A DNA stretch of 24,605 bases from positions 1 through 24,605 of the IMG/VR virus record IMGVR_UViG_3300036815_000017, one strand, 5' to 3'. The notes under the pieces are model-generated. The model searched no databases and had not been told where the DNA came from. It saw only the letters and a list, made by a program, of their open reading frames with translations. A program made the position numbers and the translations under genes. Every line of letters starts with the position of its first letter. Positions within the stretch are counted from its first letter, which is position 1. This DNA comes from a virus. Lineage: Duplodnaviria > Caudoviricetes. Positions 24,019-24,605 of this stretch are shown here, in pieces.

Positions 24019-24211
24019 CTGCTACTTTCTTTGTAGAATGAGACTCTACATATTGTTTGATGCATTCTGTTTCTGCGTGTAGGTAATCTCCACCGAAATC
24101 TAAGCAACTTTCTCCAAAATAGATTTCTCCATTACAACCACAACAAAGTTCAATGAAGTCTCTTGCTGATGAATCATGGTGATTTCCAATTAGCATTCCG
24201 TTTTCAATCAT
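24011..24211 (-). CDS. YqaI-like small protein with CxxC..H..C
   Basis: MIENGM..N.HD start and location before the recombinase/exonuclease pair recall skin-element yqaI. Confidence 0.6.
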   Translation of the reverse strand: MIENGMLIGNHHDSSARDFIELCCGCNGEIYFGESCLDFGGDYLHAETECIKQYVESHSTKKVAGE

Positions 24212-24383
24212 TTTTACGTCCCTCCATTAAGTTGATAGCTTGTCCTTGTGGTTTATCAAAAACAACTTTTAATGGTTGGAATAACATTGATGACATTTGA
24301 AGCATTTCGTTTTGCTCATTTGTTAATGCCACTGGGTATAGCACTCCATCCTTGCAATACATTAAAACTACGCCGTCTTTCAT
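24204..24383 (-). CDS. Hypothetical protein, 59 aa (MKDGVVLMYCKDGVLYPVAL...)
   Basis: Hand-translated, AAGGAGG SD. Confidence 0.75.
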   Translation of the reverse strand: MKDGVVLMYCKDGVLYPVALTNEQNEMLQMSSMLFQPLKVVFDKPQGQAINLMEGRKND

Positions 24384-24397
24384 AATTAATATCCTCC

Positions 24398-24427
24398 TTG
24401 TTTTTAGGAGAAAACATTTGGTATAAT
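24398..24427 (+). promoter_or_regulatory. SigA-type promoter (extended -10), antisense
   Basis: TTGTTT-18bp-TATAAT with TGn. Confidence 0.65.
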
Positions 24428-24433
24428 GTAATT

Positions 24434-24486
24434 GGATATTTACATTTGTTTTCTCTAAACCGTCCTATTGGTGAGGGCGGTTTTTT
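24434..24486 (+). ncRNA. Candidate ~53-nt antisense small RNA (unit D)
   Basis: AAACCGTCCT/AGGGCGGTTT stem (G-U on +) with T-tract. No ORF. Confidence 0.55.
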
Positions 24487-24496
24487 ATTTTCTCAA

Positions 24497-24576
24497 TAGA
24501 AATTAACAAATAATTCTGTTAAGATTAAATTACCGATATGTGTAACAACCGGCCTGTGCTTCTGTACGGGCTTTTT
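24497..24576 (+). ncRNA. Promoter plus candidate ~45-nt small RNA (unit E)
   Basis: TAGAAA-17bp-TAAGAT with TGn, then GGCCTGTGC-ttct-GTACGGGCT and TTTT (three G-U on +). Confidence 0.45.
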
Positions 24577-24605
24577 ATGATGCTTTCACGCATCGGAATA
24601 TCCAG

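Larger units (their letters stand above)
1..24605 (-). mobile_element. Temperate siphophage/prophage segment (Bacillus cereus-group-like; A118/SPP1-like morphogenesis), from recombination/replication genes to tape measure
   Basis: Canonical co-oriented gene order: recombination, replication, accessory, late activator, terminase, portal, capsid, tail. Firmicutes-type SD sites. No integrase, repressor or lysis genes in the window. Confidence 0.95.

Noticed and set aside
24457-24483. Resemblance to the B. cereus bcr1 repeat
   Set aside because: Only a short remembered similarity (ATTGGTGAGGGC). The rest of the element is absent.
1-24605. Reverse transcriptase/DGR, intron, intein, IS or integrase
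   Set aside because: No such motifs. Terminase, portal and capsid genes are uninterrupted and of normal length.

Overview
AT-rich temperate siphophage/prophage segment, most consistent with the Bacillus cereus group. All protein genes are on the minus strand. In transcription order (right to left) it holds a recombination pair (putative single-strand annealing protein plus PD-(D/E)XK exonuclease), a replication initiator with internal iterons and a DnaC-like loader, then about 6 kb of small accessory genes (two YopX, dimeric dUTPase, NrdH-like redoxin, FbpA-like, DUF1064). A late activator (ArpU/RinA-like) is followed by a ~1 kb mostly non-coding gap, TerS/TerL, an A118/SPP1-like head and tail module, and the 5' end of the tape measure gene. 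The most unusual signals are: (1) a ~480-nt structured RNA from the predicted late promoter to a UUCG terminator, with two alternative-fold modules and C-rich loops; (2) a 28-bp dif-like XerC/D site with repeat-rich flanking DNA; (3) five ORF-less promoter-plus-hairpin mini-units antisense to the lytic genes, one with a sigmaG-like promoter; (4) a 17-19 bp motif at accessory-gene junctions; (5) two tandem Tad2/DUF2829-like anti-defence genes inside the head operon. Family calls are by eye from motifs and synteny. No searches or folding programs were run.
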